DNA of 64,000 nt. Source: Kiritimatiellia bacterium (GTDB taxonomy: Bacteria; Verrucomicrobiota; Kiritimatiellia; SLAD01). Made by a program: the position numbers and the translations under genes. Shown here in pieces: positions 46,470 to 56,790 of the stretch (positions are counted from its first letter, which is position 1; each line of letters opens with the position of its first letter). The stretch covers positions 504 to 64,503 of the forward strand of contig SLKG01000004.1 of NCBI GenBank assembly GCA_007134735.1, in the 5' to 3' direction. The notes beneath the pieces were generated by a model, which saw nothing but the letters and a program-made list of their open reading frames with translations, did not search any database and was not told where the DNA came from.

Positions 46470-49400
46470 TCAGAGGCGCGGAAGGCGCGGAAGACGGTCG
46501 ATCGGCAGTTCTCTTGTGGGCTCACCCTCTCGATCCTCCCGGTCGCCCAGTAATCTCCGGGCGCCTGTTCGTGCGGCGGCATTAAGAATGACCACCCACA
46601 TCGGCCGCGGATCGGGTTCGGATACATTGCCCTGGATATCAATCGCCTGGTTGAGAAAACGATATCCCGCATCGTCCGGTTCCTCCTGAAGAAGATTCAG
46701 TTCATCGAACAATCGGGCCAGCGGAGGACGCGCTCCCATGTTGAGCGTCAGCGCGATGGGTTGCTGATGAAATTTCCGTTCCGCTTCATGCCCGATCCGT
46801 CCGCGGCCTTCCAGCAACAGCTCCCTGCTTTGGAGGAAGATGCGGTCGAGATCGATTGAAAGATCCGGATTTCTCCGTGCTTCCAGGGAAAACTGATCGA
46901 ATTCAATGGCGTCAAAATAGGAGATCAGTTGACCGACCGCCTCGACATCCCGGTTGATGTCCAGGAGCCGGGCCGCCCGTCCAAGCGCGCCACTGACGTC
47001 TATCGCGTCCCGCACCGCTCCGCGCCGTAACGCCCGTAATACGCCGTCGGTGGCGTTCATGGAAAACTCGCCGGTCAGGGTGTCACCCAGGAGATCCACG
47101 TGAGAAGCCTCGGCCATGACCTCTCCGGTCATGTTGATCGCGGCTTCCAGTGCCGGTTTTGTGACAGCATCCACTTCGCGCAGGTAGGCCCCCACGTCAA
47201 ATTCAGTCAAGGAGAAGCCGGCTTCAAGGAGATAAGGAATATCCGGCCGATCACTTCGGAAGGACAGGGCTCCTTGCGCGCGGGCCGGGCTTTCCCCGAT
47301 GAATGCTTCAAAGGCGGTCAGCCGCACGGCCTCTTCCGCGACGGAAGCTTGAGCGACAAATTCCTTGAGATTTACGGCTCCGGGAAGAATCAATTCACGG
47401 ATGCTCAGATCGATATCGGCCAGGATGCCGGCCCATAAGGGCTCGGTATCAGGCTCTCGGGCAGGGGCAGGATCTGTTCCCGGCTCTCTTCTCGCCGCGG
47501 GTCGTTCTACCGGGACCTCTTCTTTCTTCTTCTCCGGCGGTGTGACGGTTTCCTCCTGTACGTAATCGGGATTCTGAAAGGCCCCCGCCAACAACAGGAA
47601 ATGGTCTACGCGGACCGTTTCGCCGCGGCTTTTCAGGTTGATACGCGTGGTTTCGTCGCCCGGCCACAAACTCAATTCATATTCCAGATCCGTGGGTCCA
47701 TCAGGGGCCGTTACGCTAAGTGGTCCGGCGGCTTGGATGTGCGGGGTGTCATCCATCCGGACATCCGTTTTTAGTGAAACGAGTTCCAGCCTGCCATCGC
47801 CCGAGCGCGGGACCAGGTTGATCAGTAACGCCTCAAGGGTGCCGTTCCAATCCTCCGGAGCGCCGTGGGCGCTCAGCGATCCCTGGAGACGTCCTTCGGA
47901 TAGATTCCGATAGGGTTCAGCCGCGGGTTGGTTCAACAATGCGGCGAGATCGGCGTTCCAGTCCGCGGCTAGGGCGAATCGGGGGGTATGGTGGAGGTTC
48001 GTGACCGACCCGCGAGCCGTCAACAAGGCGAGGGTCGTATCACGATGGGCCAAGGTTACCTCGCCCGCATCGAATGTTAGTGTATCGGGACCGTAACGGC
48101 CGGAGGGGGACAAGCGCAATGTTATATCGTCCACAGCCGGCCGGCCGTCCTGTTTCATGGAGAAGGATTCGAAGGCAATGGCGTTCGGGGTGGTGAAATG
48201 AAATTCGTCCCCGTCTCCAAATAGTGCGACTTCACCGGACAGCCCGGAAAGCGCAATCGGATGGTCGGGCAGAAATGCGTTTACGATATCCGTGGGGAAT
48301 CCCCGCAGGGTCAGCAGGGCCAGTGGACTGTCCGGGTCGCCAAAGACCGGTTGTTGCATGGAAAGATCAAAGCCGAAAGGCTGTTTCGCCTCGATAACAA
48401 TCAGGGGCGTATCCATGGGCATCGACAGGTAGGCCTTCAGGGTATTCAATTCAACCCGCTGATTACGGCCGGCGATCGTAAAGTCGGTTTCCATCAGAAA
48501 CGAGGCGGCGGCTTCCAGCTCGGGTTGCAATCGATGCCCATCATCGCCCGGCACGACATCGCCCTGCACGACAGAGGCGCCCTGGAGGCGTGCCTGCTCC
48601 AGGGACGGGTTCAGATCGAACGATCCGTTCGCCCGAATCGTCGCCCAGGTCCCGTTGAGGTAGGGTGTCAAAAATGCATCCAACCAACGGGAATCCGCGT
48701 TGAGTGTCCACTCGCCGGACAGCGACCGGTCTTCATAGGCATATCCGGCAATCAGGGACAGGACCTCCCGGGGGGCCGGGGAGTCCGGAGCCCATGTGAC
48801 GTCCAATTGGTAGGATTCCCCGATTGTATCATCCCGGCGTTGCACGATCCATTGGGCCGCGACATGGACGGTTTCCATGTCGTCTTCAAGAACTGCGTCG
48901 GCTTGACCGGACAAGGCGCCCTTGAAACCGCTGACCAGACCGTCGGGTGTCACCAGTAGATTGATTTCGGTGTTAAGGACGCCACGGGGTAATGGGGTCG
49001 CCTCGGTAAGGTCGGAATATTCGAGCGTCAGCTTTAGTTCGCAGTGGCCGCCGGCCCGGAAGTCATTGCCCTCAAGAAACAGTTCAATTTTCTGGCGGTA
49101 TCCCGGCAATGTCAGAACTCCGTCCGCGGCAAGACGGTCAATGGAGGCCGGGGGCCATGCGATGTCATCACGGAACAGGCCATCGAATACGGCCAGGTCC
49201 TCCCAGGGGATCATGACCGGTTCGCGTTCCGGATCCGGGGGAGGATAGCGTGGCGGCGTTGGCTCAGGAACCCTGGGCGGTTTCGGCGGGGGCAACTCGT
49301 GCGGGGGCGCCGGTTCCTTCATTTCCACCCGAAGCCCGGTAGCCGTAAGCTCACGGAGGTGCAGATGGCGTTGACGGATTGCGTCAAGAAGTGAGTAATC

Positions 49401-49631
49401 CCCCTGAATCCGTTCCACGTGAACATGCACGTCTTCACGGTCGATAACGAGTTCCTCCACGATCAATCCCTGAAAGCCGGCGTGCAGGCGATTCAGCGTC
49501 CATTCATCCGGAAGGAAGCGTTTGGCCAGCGCGGTTTGAAGTCCGGCGCTGGAGAGGGTGATGATCAGGGCGGTAAAAATCAACAGCACCAGCACGACGG
49601 CAAAGATCAATACATATTTAACGAACTTCAT
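46470..49631 (-). CDS. AsmA/TamB-like large envelope protein (1053 aa)
   Basis: It has an N-terminal TM anchor followed by an AsmA-like beginning (SSAGLQTALAKRFLP...LHAGFQGLIVEELVI). The long body is predicted beta-rich and includes a Pro-rich insert. The assignment rests on architecture only. Confidence 0.55.
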   Translation of the reverse strand: MKFVKYVLIFAVVLVLLIFTALIITLSSAGLQTALAKRFLPDEWTLNRLHAGFQGLIVEELVIDREDVHVHVERIQGDYSLLDAIRQRHLHLRELTATGLRVEMKEPAPPHELPPPKPPRVPEPTPPRYPPPDPEREPVMIPWEDLAVFDGLFRDDIAWPPASIDRLAADGVLTLPGYRQKIELFLEGNDFRAGGHCELKLTLEYSDLTEATPLPRGVLNTEINLLVTPDGLVSGFKGALSGQADAVLEDDMETVHVAAQWIVQRRDDTIGESYQLDVTWAPDSPAPREVLSLIAGYAYEDRSLSGEWTLNADSRWLDAFLTPYLNGTWATIRANGSFDLNPSLEQARLQGASVVQGDVVPGDDGHRLQPELEAAASFLMETDFTIAGRNQRVELNTLKAYLSMPMDTPLIVIEAKQPFGFDLSMQQPVFGDPDSPLALLTLRGFPTDIVNAFLPDHPIALSGLSGEVALFGDGDEFHFTTPNAIAFESFSMKQDGRPAVDDITLRLSPSGRYGPDTLTFDAGEVTLAHRDTTLALLTARGSVTNLHHTPRFALAADWNADLAALLNQPAAEPYRNLSEGRLQGSLSAHGAPEDWNGTLEALLINLVPRSGDGRLELVSLKTDVRMDDTPHIQAAGPLSVTAPDGPTDLEYELSLWPGDETTRINLKSRGETVRVDHFLLLAGAFQNPDYVQEETVTPPEKKKEEVPVERPAARREPGTDPAPAREPDTEPLWAGILADIDLSIRELILPGAVNLKEFVAQASVAEEAVRLTAFEAFIGESPARAQGALSFRSDRPDIPYLLEAGFSLTEFDVGAYLREVDAVTKPALEAAINMTGEVMAEASHVDLLGDTLTGEFSMNATDGVLRALRRGAVRDAIDVSGALGRAARLLDINRDVEAVGQLISYFDAIEFDQFSLEARRNPDLSIDLDRIFLQSRELLLEGRGRIGHEAERKFHQQPIALTLNMGARPPLARLFDELNLLQEEPDDAGYRFLNQAIDIQGNVSEPDPRPMWVVILNAAARTGARRLLGDREDREGEPTRELPIDRLPRLPRL

Positions 49632-49648
49632 GGCGGCGCATTCTCCGT

Positions 49649-51064
49649 TTACGGTTTGGGTTCCAATTCATATCCGTCAGGGACATCGCGAACGATCCAT
49701 CCACGCGCCTCCAGCTCGTTGCGGAGGGTGTCGGCGGTGGGCCAGTCCCGGGCCCGGCGGGCGGCGAGGCGATCTTCGGCGAGTTGCCGTATGTCGTCCG
49801 GCACACTTACGCTTTGTGTTTCAATTTGAAAACCAAAAAGGTCAAAGACTTTGTGCAACGCCTGCCATTCCGCCGCGGCGGAACGGGCGTCCAGTTGTCC
49901 GGCATGCAAACGCTTCTCCAGTTCGTGGACGGCGACAAAGAGTTCTCCGAGGGCCCGGGGGGTGTTCAGATCGTTGGTCATGGCGGCCCAAACCGGTTGA
50001 AAGGATCCCCATGAGGGATCGGCGTGTTCCGGGCCGGAAGCTTTTTTGAGGTCAATCTGCAACTGGTGCAAGCGGCGCAAGGCACTATGCGCGGCGTGGA
50101 GCGAGTCCCGGGTGAAGTTCAGTGCCTGTCGGTAATGGCCGGATGCCAGCACGTATCGCAACTCCATGGGGGTATGCCCCCACGACACGATATCCTTGAG
50201 TACATACAGGTTGTTCAGACTCTTGCTCATTTTTCGGCCGTCCACGAGCAGGTGCTCGGAATGGAACCAGTGACGGGCAAACGGCCGGCCGGTAGCGCCT
50301 TCACTTTGTGCAATTTCGTTTTCGTGATGGGGAAATATGAGATCGACTCCACCCCCGTGCAAATCGAAGTCATCGCCCAGATACTCAAGGCTCATGGCGC
50401 TGCATTCCAGGTGCCAGCCCGGTCGGCCGGGGCCCCATGGGCTGGGCCAGCGGTTCGGGCCGTCTTCCGGCTTATGGGATTTCCAGAGCGCGAAATCCGC
50501 CGCGGATTCGCGGTCGTACTCGTCGGCGTCCTGTACACACGAGCACGAAGAACGATCCCGTGTGGTGATCGTGCGTTCGTGAAGCCGGGAGAGGCGTCCG
50601 TACGGCGGGTAGGAATCGACCCGGAAATATACGGATTGATCTCCGGCCACGTAGGCATGGCCCTGCTGAATGAGTTTTTCAACCAGTTTTATTTGTTGCG
50701 GAATATGTTCGACGGCGCTCGGTTCCACGTGAGGCGGAAGCAGGTTAAGGTCTTCGCCGTCCTTGTGAAAAGCATCCAGCCAATGGCGGGTGAACGTCTC
50801 CAGGGTTTTGTCTTCGGCCTGGGACTGACGGATGGTCTTGTCATCGATATCCGTAACGTTCCGGACATGCCGGGTCACCAGCCCGGATGCTTCCAGCGTG
50901 CGCCGGAGAAGATCCTGCAGAATGAAAGTGCGGAAGTTGCCGATATGCGCCGGGCCGTATACCGTCGGGCCGCAACAATACATGCGGAACGTTTGGCCGT
51001 CGGCCGGTTCCAGCGGACGTAGCTTCCGGGATAACGTGTCATACAATCGAACGGCGGTGGTCAT
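49649..51064 (-). CDS. cysS: cysteinyl-tRNA synthetase
   Basis: HIGN (PAHIGNFRT) and KMSKS (RKMSKSLNN) class-I signatures are present. The start is placed at [11 protein letters not shown] (51064). Confidence 0.93.
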   Translation of the reverse strand: MTTAVRLYDTLSRKLRPLEPADGQTFRMYCCGPTVYGPAHIGNFRTFILQDLLRRTLEASGLVTRHVRNVTDIDDKTIRQSQAEDKTLETFTRHWLDAFHKDGEDLNLLPPHVEPSAVEHIPQQIKLVEKLIQQGHAYVAGDQSVYFRVDSYPPYGRLSRLHERTITTRDRSSCSCVQDADEYDRESAADFALWKSHKPEDGPNRWPSPWGPGRPGWHLECSAMSLEYLGDDFDLHGGGVDLIFPHHENEIAQSEGATGRPFARHWFHSEHLLVDGRKMSKSLNNLYVLKDIVSWGHTPMELRYVLASGHYRQALNFTRDSLHAAHSALRRLHQLQIDLKKASGPEHADPSWGSFQPVWAAMTNDLNTPRALGELFVAVHELEKRLHAGQLDARSAAAEWQALHKVFDLFGFQIETQSVSVPDDIRQLAEDRLAARRARDWPTADTLRNELEARGWIVRDVPDGYELEPKP

Positions 51065-51115
51065 GTTTTTCCTGTTTGCAAGCACTCCTATACCCGCACA
51101 AGGAGAAGGAATCAA

Positions 51116-51826
51116 TCAAGAACGGTGGTTCGTATCGCGAGGCGGGTCATCCGGCGCCGTTTGATCCTGGAAACGGCGTGCGGCCCAACTACCGAGCATC
51201 AGGAACAGTGTCAGAACGAGCAAAGGGAGCAGGGTAATGGGGCGTAGCAAGTCCTCGATTTCATCGGCATCCGCAATTCCGTACACGGCCGTGGTGTACA
51301 CTCCCCATTTGACGAGCATGCCGCACATCACGGCCAGCGAGAATTTCCACACCGGTATGCGCAGGATGCCGGCTCCGTAATTTACAATCGAATGAGGGAA
51401 ACCGGGCAGGACCCGAAGTGCGCACTGGGTCAAGAAATCGCTTCGTTGTGCAAGAATGCGGAAGGCTTTTCGGTGCGACAAACGTTCCCGGGCCTGTTGG
51501 CCCAGGCGGGCGGAAAAGGCGTAGCCGCCCAGTGCGCCCGCCAGGGTGCCGATCAGCAATATCAGCGTGGCTTGGACGGGATGATAGAAGGGGGCCACCA
51601 GCCAGAGCACCAGGCTGCCCGGCATCGCTACGGTGAATAGCGCGGCCTGAACCAGGATCATGAGAATGGGCGTCCAGGGGCGCCCTGCCATGGCTTCACC
51701 CCATGCGAGGATCAGTTCGCGATCCGCCGGGTCGAGAACCGCCAGGCCGATTCCCGCGATGATCAAAAAAAACAGGAAGATAAATGGACCAAACCGTTGA
51801 AACATGCCGTTATCCTGCCGAAACAC
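51116..51826 (-). CDS. TVP38/TMEM64 (DedA-related, VTT-domain) membrane protein
   Basis: About 230 aa and polytopic. The pattern ...LPGFPHSIVNYGAGILRIP... is typical of the VTT domain. Confidence 0.6.
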   Translation of the reverse strand: MFRQDNGMFQRFGPFIFLFFLIIAGIGLAVLDPADRELILAWGEAMAGRPWTPILMILVQAALFTVAMPGSLVLWLVAPFYHPVQATLILLIGTLAGALGGYAFSARLGQQARERLSHRKAFRILAQRSDFLTQCALRVLPGFPHSIVNYGAGILRIPVWKFSLAVMCGMLVKWGVYTTAVYGIADADEIEDLLRPITLLPLLVLTLFLMLGSWAARRFQDQTAPDDPPRDTNHRS

Positions 51827-51922
51827 GACCGCCGGGTCACGCTCGTTTTATCCAACAGCCGAATAGAATTCGCCCGTATAGGCTTTGCAGGGACAGGTAC
51901 TCATAGCCGGCTTTGAAACCCA

Positions 51923-51965
51923 TTGACCGGGGAGCACGACCGGCCTATATTGAGACATATTCTCA
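51923..51965 (+). promoter_or_regulatory. sigma70-like promoter with overlapping palindrome (candidate Zur/Fur box) upstream of zur
   Basis: TTGACC (51923-51928), a 17-nt spacer, then TATATT (51946-51951). The palindrome TGAGA-catat-TCTCA (51951-51965) starts at the last base of the -10 element. Confidence 0.45.
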
Positions 51966-51984
51966 CTTGGAGGGATGAAAGAGA

Positions 51985-52395
51985 GTGGGCGTGTTTAAAA
52001 CACATTTAAGGCGATCTGGTTACAAGATTACGGCGCCGCGTGAGGCCGTATTGGCTGTCCTGGAGAACGAAAAGGGGCATCTGCACCCATCGGACATCCT
52101 GCTGAAGGCGCGCGCAATTCATGCGGGTGTGGGGCGCGCGACGGTATATCGGACGTTGGATATCTTGAAGATGCTGAACCTGGTGCGCCCGATATACATC
52201 AACGAGGCGGGTCCGAGCTATATGCGGGTGGCGGGGGGGCATCATCATCTGGTCTGCTCGAATTGCGGGAAGGTGGTGGAATTCGATGCCTGCAACGCGG
52301 GGGATCTGCAGCGGAAGCTGGCCCGGAAACACCGTTTTGTCATACAAAGCCACCTGCTGGAATTCTATGGACAATGCGAAGATTGCCGCAATTAA
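51985..52395 (+). CDS. zur: Fur-family metalloregulator, probably Zur
   Basis: It has a Fur-like wHTH (ITAPREAVLAVL...ATVYRTLD) and HHHLVCSNCGKVVEF...CEDC metal sites. It lies directly upstream of znuACB-like genes. Confidence 0.75.
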   Translation: MGVFKTHLRRSGYKITAPREAVLAVLENEKGHLHPSDILLKARAIHAGVGRATVYRTLDILKMLNLVRPIYINEAGPSYMRVAGGHHHLVCSNCGKVVEFDACNAGDLQRKLARKHRFVIQSHLLEFYGQCEDCRN

Positions 52396-52406
52396 GCGAG
52401 TTGATT

Positions 52407-53420
52407 ATGCATGATATCCGAATAATCGACGACCGGCCGGTGTCAAATGGCGGACCTATGCGTGCGGTGCGCCACTGGCTGAGTCTGGGACTCAGCGTGG
52501 TGTTGGGGGTATTTATTTTCTGCGGTTGCGGACCGGTTCAAAGCGATCGGGTACGAGAAGGCGAAGAGTCAAAAAAACGTATTATCGCGACGACATCCCT
52601 GATCGGGGATTTGGTGGGCCGCATTGTGGGCGACACCGCCGAATTGAGCGTGCTGATTCCTCCTGGAACGGATCCGCACGGATATCACTTTTCCCCCCGT
52701 GATTTTGTGCTCATCACCAAGGCCGACCTGGTGTTTCTCAATGGAGCCGAGCTGGAGAGCCAGTTGAATGTGTTGATCCGTATGGCCAGGGACCGCGCGC
52801 GACTGTTGTCCGATGCGAAAGGCTTGGAGCCCCTTCGAATGGGGGGGGCCTGTGGCAACGGTCACCACCACCATCACCACCACCACGGTGCGATGGATCC
52901 CCATTTCTGGACGGATCCGCACCGGGTAAAAGCCTGGGTTCGGTATATTGAGCAGGAAGTCCGGGCGGCGGATCCGGATCACGGCCCCCTATATGAACGG
53001 AATGCGAAAGCGCTGTTGAAGGAACTGGAAGACCTGGACCGCTGGATCGAGGAACGCGTTTCCAGGATTCCCGTGGAAGACAGGATCCTGGTCACGGATC
53101 ATTATGTCTTCGGCTATTTTGCCCGGCGCTATGGTTTTCGCGAAGGGGGCGCGCTGGTTCGCGGTTTGAGTACCCTGTCGCAACCGTCGGCACGTGATCT
53201 GGCGGAGTTGGCGACGTTGCTGGATGCCGAAGGGGTCCCGGCGATATTCGTGGGTGTGGATGTCAGCGGCGAATTGGCGGAGCGAATCGCGGAGGACCTC
53301 GGTATTCGCGTTATCCGGGTATATACCGGGGCGCTGTCCCCTCCGGGCGGTCCGGCGCCGGACTACATCGCATATATGCGTTATAACGTGAACGCGTTCG
53401 TGGAGGGCCTGATCCCATGA
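52407..53420 (+). CDS. znuA: metal ABC transporter substrate-binding protein, ZnuA-like with His-rich loop
   Basis: It is a cluster A-I SBP-like sequence (TSLIGDLV, GTDPHGYHFSPRD, DPHFW). It has a GNGHHHHHHHHG loop (His codons 52863-52886), which is typical of zinc-specific ZnuA. Confidence 0.8.
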   Translation: MHDIRIIDDRPVSNGGPMRAVRHWLSLGLSVVLGVFIFCGCGPVQSDRVREGEESKKRIIATTSLIGDLVGRIVGDTAELSVLIPPGTDPHGYHFSPRDFVLITKADLVFLNGAELESQLNVLIRMARDRARLLSDAKGLEPLRMGGACGNGHHHHHHHHGAMDPHFWTDPHRVKAWVRYIEQEVRAADPDHGPLYERNAKALLKELEDLDRWIEERVSRIPVEDRILVTDHYVFGYFARRYGFREGGALVRGLSTLSQPSARDLAELATLLDAEGVPAIFVGVDVSGELAERIAEDLGIRVIRVYTGALSPPGGPAPDYIAYMRYNVNAFVEGLIP

Positions 53421-54268
53421 GGCGGTTATCCGGGTCAGGCCCGACGCCGGGCTGGGGACATGAAACCCCGCATGAAGAGGGGGCCGCCATCCTGTCCGTG
53501 AACGAGCTTGAGTTGTCATACCCTTCACGCCGGGCGTTGGATCGGATTTCCTTCGAATTGGGCAAGGGGGAACAGGTCGCCGTTGTGGGTCCCAACGGAG
53601 CGGGCAAGAGTACGCTTTTCAAGGTGATCGCGGGTGTCATGAAAGCCACCGGCGGGCGGGTGACCATTGGCGGGCACGGGCCGGTGGAACATATTTGCAT
53701 TGCCTACATTCCCCAGCGAAACCAGATCGACTGGTCGTTTCCCGTCACAGTTTCGGACGTGGTCATGATGGGACGGGCGGGGCGTCTCGGCTGGTTGCGC
53801 CGTCCCCGGCGGTTGGATCAGGAACGCGTTCGGGAATGCCTGGATCTGGTGGGCCTGTCCGACCTCGCCGGGCGCCGGATCGCTGAGTTGTCGGGAGGGG
53901 AACAGCAACGCATGTTTATTGCGCGGGCTCTCGCCCAGGAGGCGGAACTGATGCTGATGGACGAAGTCCTGGCGGGTTGTGATTGGCGGGCGGAAAAGGA
54001 AATCTTCCGCATACTGGAGCGGTTACGCAGCCGCCGGGTGACGATCATGATGGCCACGCACGATCTGGACCAGGCGGCGGCGCATTTCGACCGGATTATG
54101 CTTTTGAATCGACGTCTCATCGGAATGGGCCGGCCGGAAGCGGTATTTACGCCGGAGAACCTGCGCGAGACCTATGGCAGTCACCTGCGTCTGGTGCAAA
54201 CCGACACGGGCCTGATGATCTTGAGCGATACCTGTTGCGAGGGAGGAGAACATTCGGACAACGGATAA
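53417..54268 (+). CDS. znuC: metal ABC transporter ATP-binding protein
   Basis: Walker A GPNGAGKST, signature [14 protein letters not shown], Walker B LMLMDE. The start overlaps the znuA stop (ATGA). Confidence 0.85.
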   Translation: MRRLSGSGPTPGWGHETPHEEGAAILSVNELELSYPSRRALDRISFELGKGEQVAVVGPNGAGKSTLFKVIAGVMKATGGRVTIGGHGPVEHICIAYIPQRNQIDWSFPVTVSDVVMMGRAGRLGWLRRPRRLDQERVRECLDLVGLSDLAGRRIAELSGGEQQRMFIARALAQEAELMLMDEVLAGCDWRAEKEIFRILERLRSRRVTIMMATHDLDQAAAHFDRIMLLNRRLIGMGRPEAVFTPENLRETYGSHLRLVQTDTGLMILSDTCCEGGEHSDNG

Positions 54269-54378
54269 GACATGACGTAGCCGCGCCGGGTGTGGCGTGG
54301 CGGGGCGCTCGAATGGCCCCACCACCGCCTATCGGCGGCGGCTACAGGAAGTGGTCCGCCCAGTGGTGAGAAATTGAA

Positions 54379-55251
54379 ATGATTGAGATCCTCATAGAAC
54401 CCCTGCACTACCCGTTCATGATACGCGGATTCCTGGCCGCGATCATGGTGGGTGTGGTGTGCGGAATAGTGGGTACCTTCGTGGTTCTGCGGGGTATGGC
54501 GTTTTTTGGCGATGCCCTGGCCCATGCGGTACTTCCGGGGGTGGCAGCGGGATACCTGGTGGCCGGCGGTGTGCGGAGCGTCCTGTTCTGGTGGGCACTG
54601 GGCACGGCCGTCCTGGTTTCCATGGCCATCGGCGCGGTGAGCCGTGCGGCCCGGATCAAGGAGGACACGGCCATCGGGATCATTTTTGTGGGCATGTTCG
54701 CCCTCGGTATAGCCATGATTTCCGCTACGCGGAATTATGCGGTGGATCTCATACATTTTCTATTCGGAGATGTGTTGGGTGTGTCGTGGTCGGACCTGTC
54801 ATTAATCCTGGTGTTTGGAGGGATGATTCTCGGCGTCATCTTCATCCTGTTCAAGGAACTGGTGATTCTGTCTTTCGATCAGACCTTGGCGCAAACGCTT
54901 CGTCTTCCGACAAAACGGTTGTATTACACGCTTTTGATCCTGATTGCGACGACCGTTGTGATTTCCATGCAGACGGTAGGTGTGGCCCTCATGCTGTCCA
55001 TGTTGATTACCCCGCCCGCCACTGCGTATCTGCTGGCACGGCGCTTACCGGTCATGATCCTGTGGGCGGCGGTTCTGGGCGCCGTTTCGGGGGTGATCGG
55101 GCTCTACATGTCCTTCTATTTTGGGATCGCATCCGGCGCCGCCATCGTGCTTGTGTGCACGGCGTTCTTTGTGGTGGTGCTCATGATTAAACAGCTCCGG
55201 GCAATCGGTGTCATCGGAAAATCCTTTCCGCGGGCACCGGATTCGGAATGA
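54379..55251 (+). CDS. znuB: metal ABC transporter permease
   Basis: 290 aa and polytopic, ABC-3 family-like (FGDALAHAVLPG..., ...MLITPPATAYLL). Confidence 0.85.
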   Translation: MIEILIEPLHYPFMIRGFLAAIMVGVVCGIVGTFVVLRGMAFFGDALAHAVLPGVAAGYLVAGGVRSVLFWWALGTAVLVSMAIGAVSRAARIKEDTAIGIIFVGMFALGIAMISATRNYAVDLIHFLFGDVLGVSWSDLSLILVFGGMILGVIFILFKELVILSFDQTLAQTLRLPTKRLYYTLLILIATTVVISMQTVGVALMLSMLITPPATAYLLARRLPVMILWAAVLGAVSGVIGLYMSFYFGIASGAAIVLVCTAFFVVVLMIKQLRAIGVIGKSFPRAPDSE

Positions 55252-55343
55252 CTGGGGGAAGGCGGCGGGGCGCCCGGTTTTCGCATTCGAAAATCTATCC
55301 GGTTGTGCTATATTGCGGTCGTGAGGAATTAAGGAGGAGCAAC

Positions 55344-55793
55344 TTGGAAACGCAGACGACACTGGCCGAGGCGCAACAGGAACTCATCAACGAATTCGCA
55401 TTCTTCGAAGATTGGAATGATCGGTATGAGTACATCATTTCCCTTGGCCGCGCTCTTCCCCCCTATCCGGATGAGCTCCGAACCGAGGATCGGGAGGTAC
55501 ACGGCTGTCAATCCATGGTATGGCTGGATGCGCGGATGGAGGACGGGGTGATCCACTTTCGCGCCGACAGCGATGCCCTGATTACCAAGGGCTTGGTGGC
55601 GTTGATGGTGAATCTGTATTCCGGAAGGAGCCCCGGGGAGATTCTGTCATCCAACCTGGAATTCTTAAAGGAAATCGGACTGGAAGAGCATTTGACGCCC
55701 AGCCGGGTCAACGGACTGCTGGCCATGTTCAAGAAGATCCGCGAACATGCCGCACGGTTCAACGTTGAGGGGGGCGTCGACGCTTCTTCGTAA
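55344..55793 (+). CDS. sufE: SufE/CsdE-family sulfur acceptor protein
   Basis: It aligns with E. coli SufE: the [14 protein letters not shown] region, the HGCQSMVWL active-site Cys region, [11 protein letters not shown] and [11 protein letters not shown] chose the TTG at 55344, which is 6 nt after a strong AAGGAGG. The upstream ATG at 55248 would add an Arg-rich 32-aa tail. Confidence 0.8.
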   Translation: METQTTLAEAQQELINEFAFFEDWNDRYEYIISLGRALPPYPDELRTEDREVHGCQSMVWLDARMEDGVIHFRADSDALITKGLVALMVNLYSGRSPGEILSSNLEFLKEIGLEEHLTPSRVNGLLAMFKKIREHAARFNVEGGVDASS

Positions 55794-55819
55794 AACACGA
55801 AAGACACGGGAGCATTATC

Positions 55820-56614
55820 ATGAATCATACCGAAGGGAACAGGGTTAGCAGGCGAAAATTTCTAACCGTGAGCGGCTTGGCGCTGGGCGCCGGAGTTGCC
55901 GGATGGCGCGGATATGCGGGCTCGCCCGGCATGGGCGGTGCGGCCGGGACAGCGCCGGCGGGATATACAGGGAATTCCGGGTCCGGCGGGTTTCCGCACC
56001 GGGATCTGCCTTATGCGCCTGATGCGCTTGAGCCCTATATCGATCCGCGGACCATGGACATTCATCATGCCCGTCACCATGCCGCTTATGTGAACAACCT
56101 CAATCAGGCTCTCGAACCCTATCCGGAAATCCGATCGAAAGCGTTGCCGGTGATTTTGGGGGATTTGGCTTCGTTGCCGGACGATATCCGCACGACCGTG
56201 CGCAACAACGGTGGCGGTCACTATAATCATGAATTGTTCTGGAACGTAATGTCGCCGGACGGAGGGGGGGAACCTACCGGGAAATTGGCGGAAGCGCTGG
56301 CACGCGATTTCGGCGACTTCGCATCGTTCCAGGATGCGTTTTCCTCCGCGGCCGCCGGCGTATTCGGTTCCGGCTGGGCATGGTTGATTCACCGGGAGGA
56401 CGGGACCCTGGCCGTCACCGCGACACCGAATCAGGACAACCCGTTCATGGAGGGCGTCGTGGAGGTGACCGGTGCGCCGCTGCTGGGCCTTGATGTGTGG
56501 GAACATGCCTACTATCTCCGGTATCAGAATCGTCGGGGCGACTATATTCAGGCATGGTGGAACGTGGTGAATTGGCCGTTCATACAGAGACAGTACGACC
56601 TGATCACCCGTTGA
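55820..56614 (+). CDS. Fe/Mn superoxide dismutase with twin-arginine (Tat) signal and Gly-rich linker
   Basis: [16 protein letters not shown] is a Tat-type signal. A Gly/Ala/Ser-rich segment of about 40 aa follows. The canonical Fe/Mn-SOD core is then present ([34 protein letters not shown]). Confidence 0.85.
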   Translation: MNHTEGNRVSRRKFLTVSGLALGAGVAGWRGYAGSPGMGGAAGTAPAGYTGNSGSGGFPHRDLPYAPDALEPYIDPRTMDIHHARHHAAYVNNLNQALEPYPEIRSKALPVILGDLASLPDDIRTTVRNNGGGHYNHELFWNVMSPDGGGEPTGKLAEALARDFGDFASFQDAFSSAAAGVFGSGWAWLIHREDGTLAVTATPNQDNPFMEGVVEVTGAPLLGLDVWEHAYYLRYQNRRGDYIQAWWNVVNWPFIQRQYDLITR

Positions 56615-56790
56615 CGCCTTGTGCGCGGTTGAATAAGACCGACCCGCTACGGCACGTCAACATGGATGTCCCGGCCGAATGTTGGGAAGAGGCCATTTAC
56701 CGCTTATTTTCTCTGGCAATTGCATTGGACCGCTTTTAAACTTCGCCTAAGAGTCAAAACGTTTTAGCGGCCTGTATACGGAATCAGATT

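Noticed and set aside
52863-52886. CAC/CAT codon run as a DNA repeat or slippage site
   Set aside because: It encodes the His-rich metal-binding loop characteristic of ZnuA-type zinc-binding proteins, so a coding explanation is sufficient.
55248-55343. ATG at 55248 (overlapping the znuB stop) as the SufE start
   Set aside because: It would add a 32-aa Arg-rich extension with no counterpart in SufE. A strong AAGGAGG lies 6 nt before the TTG at 55344, which gives a canonical-length SufE.
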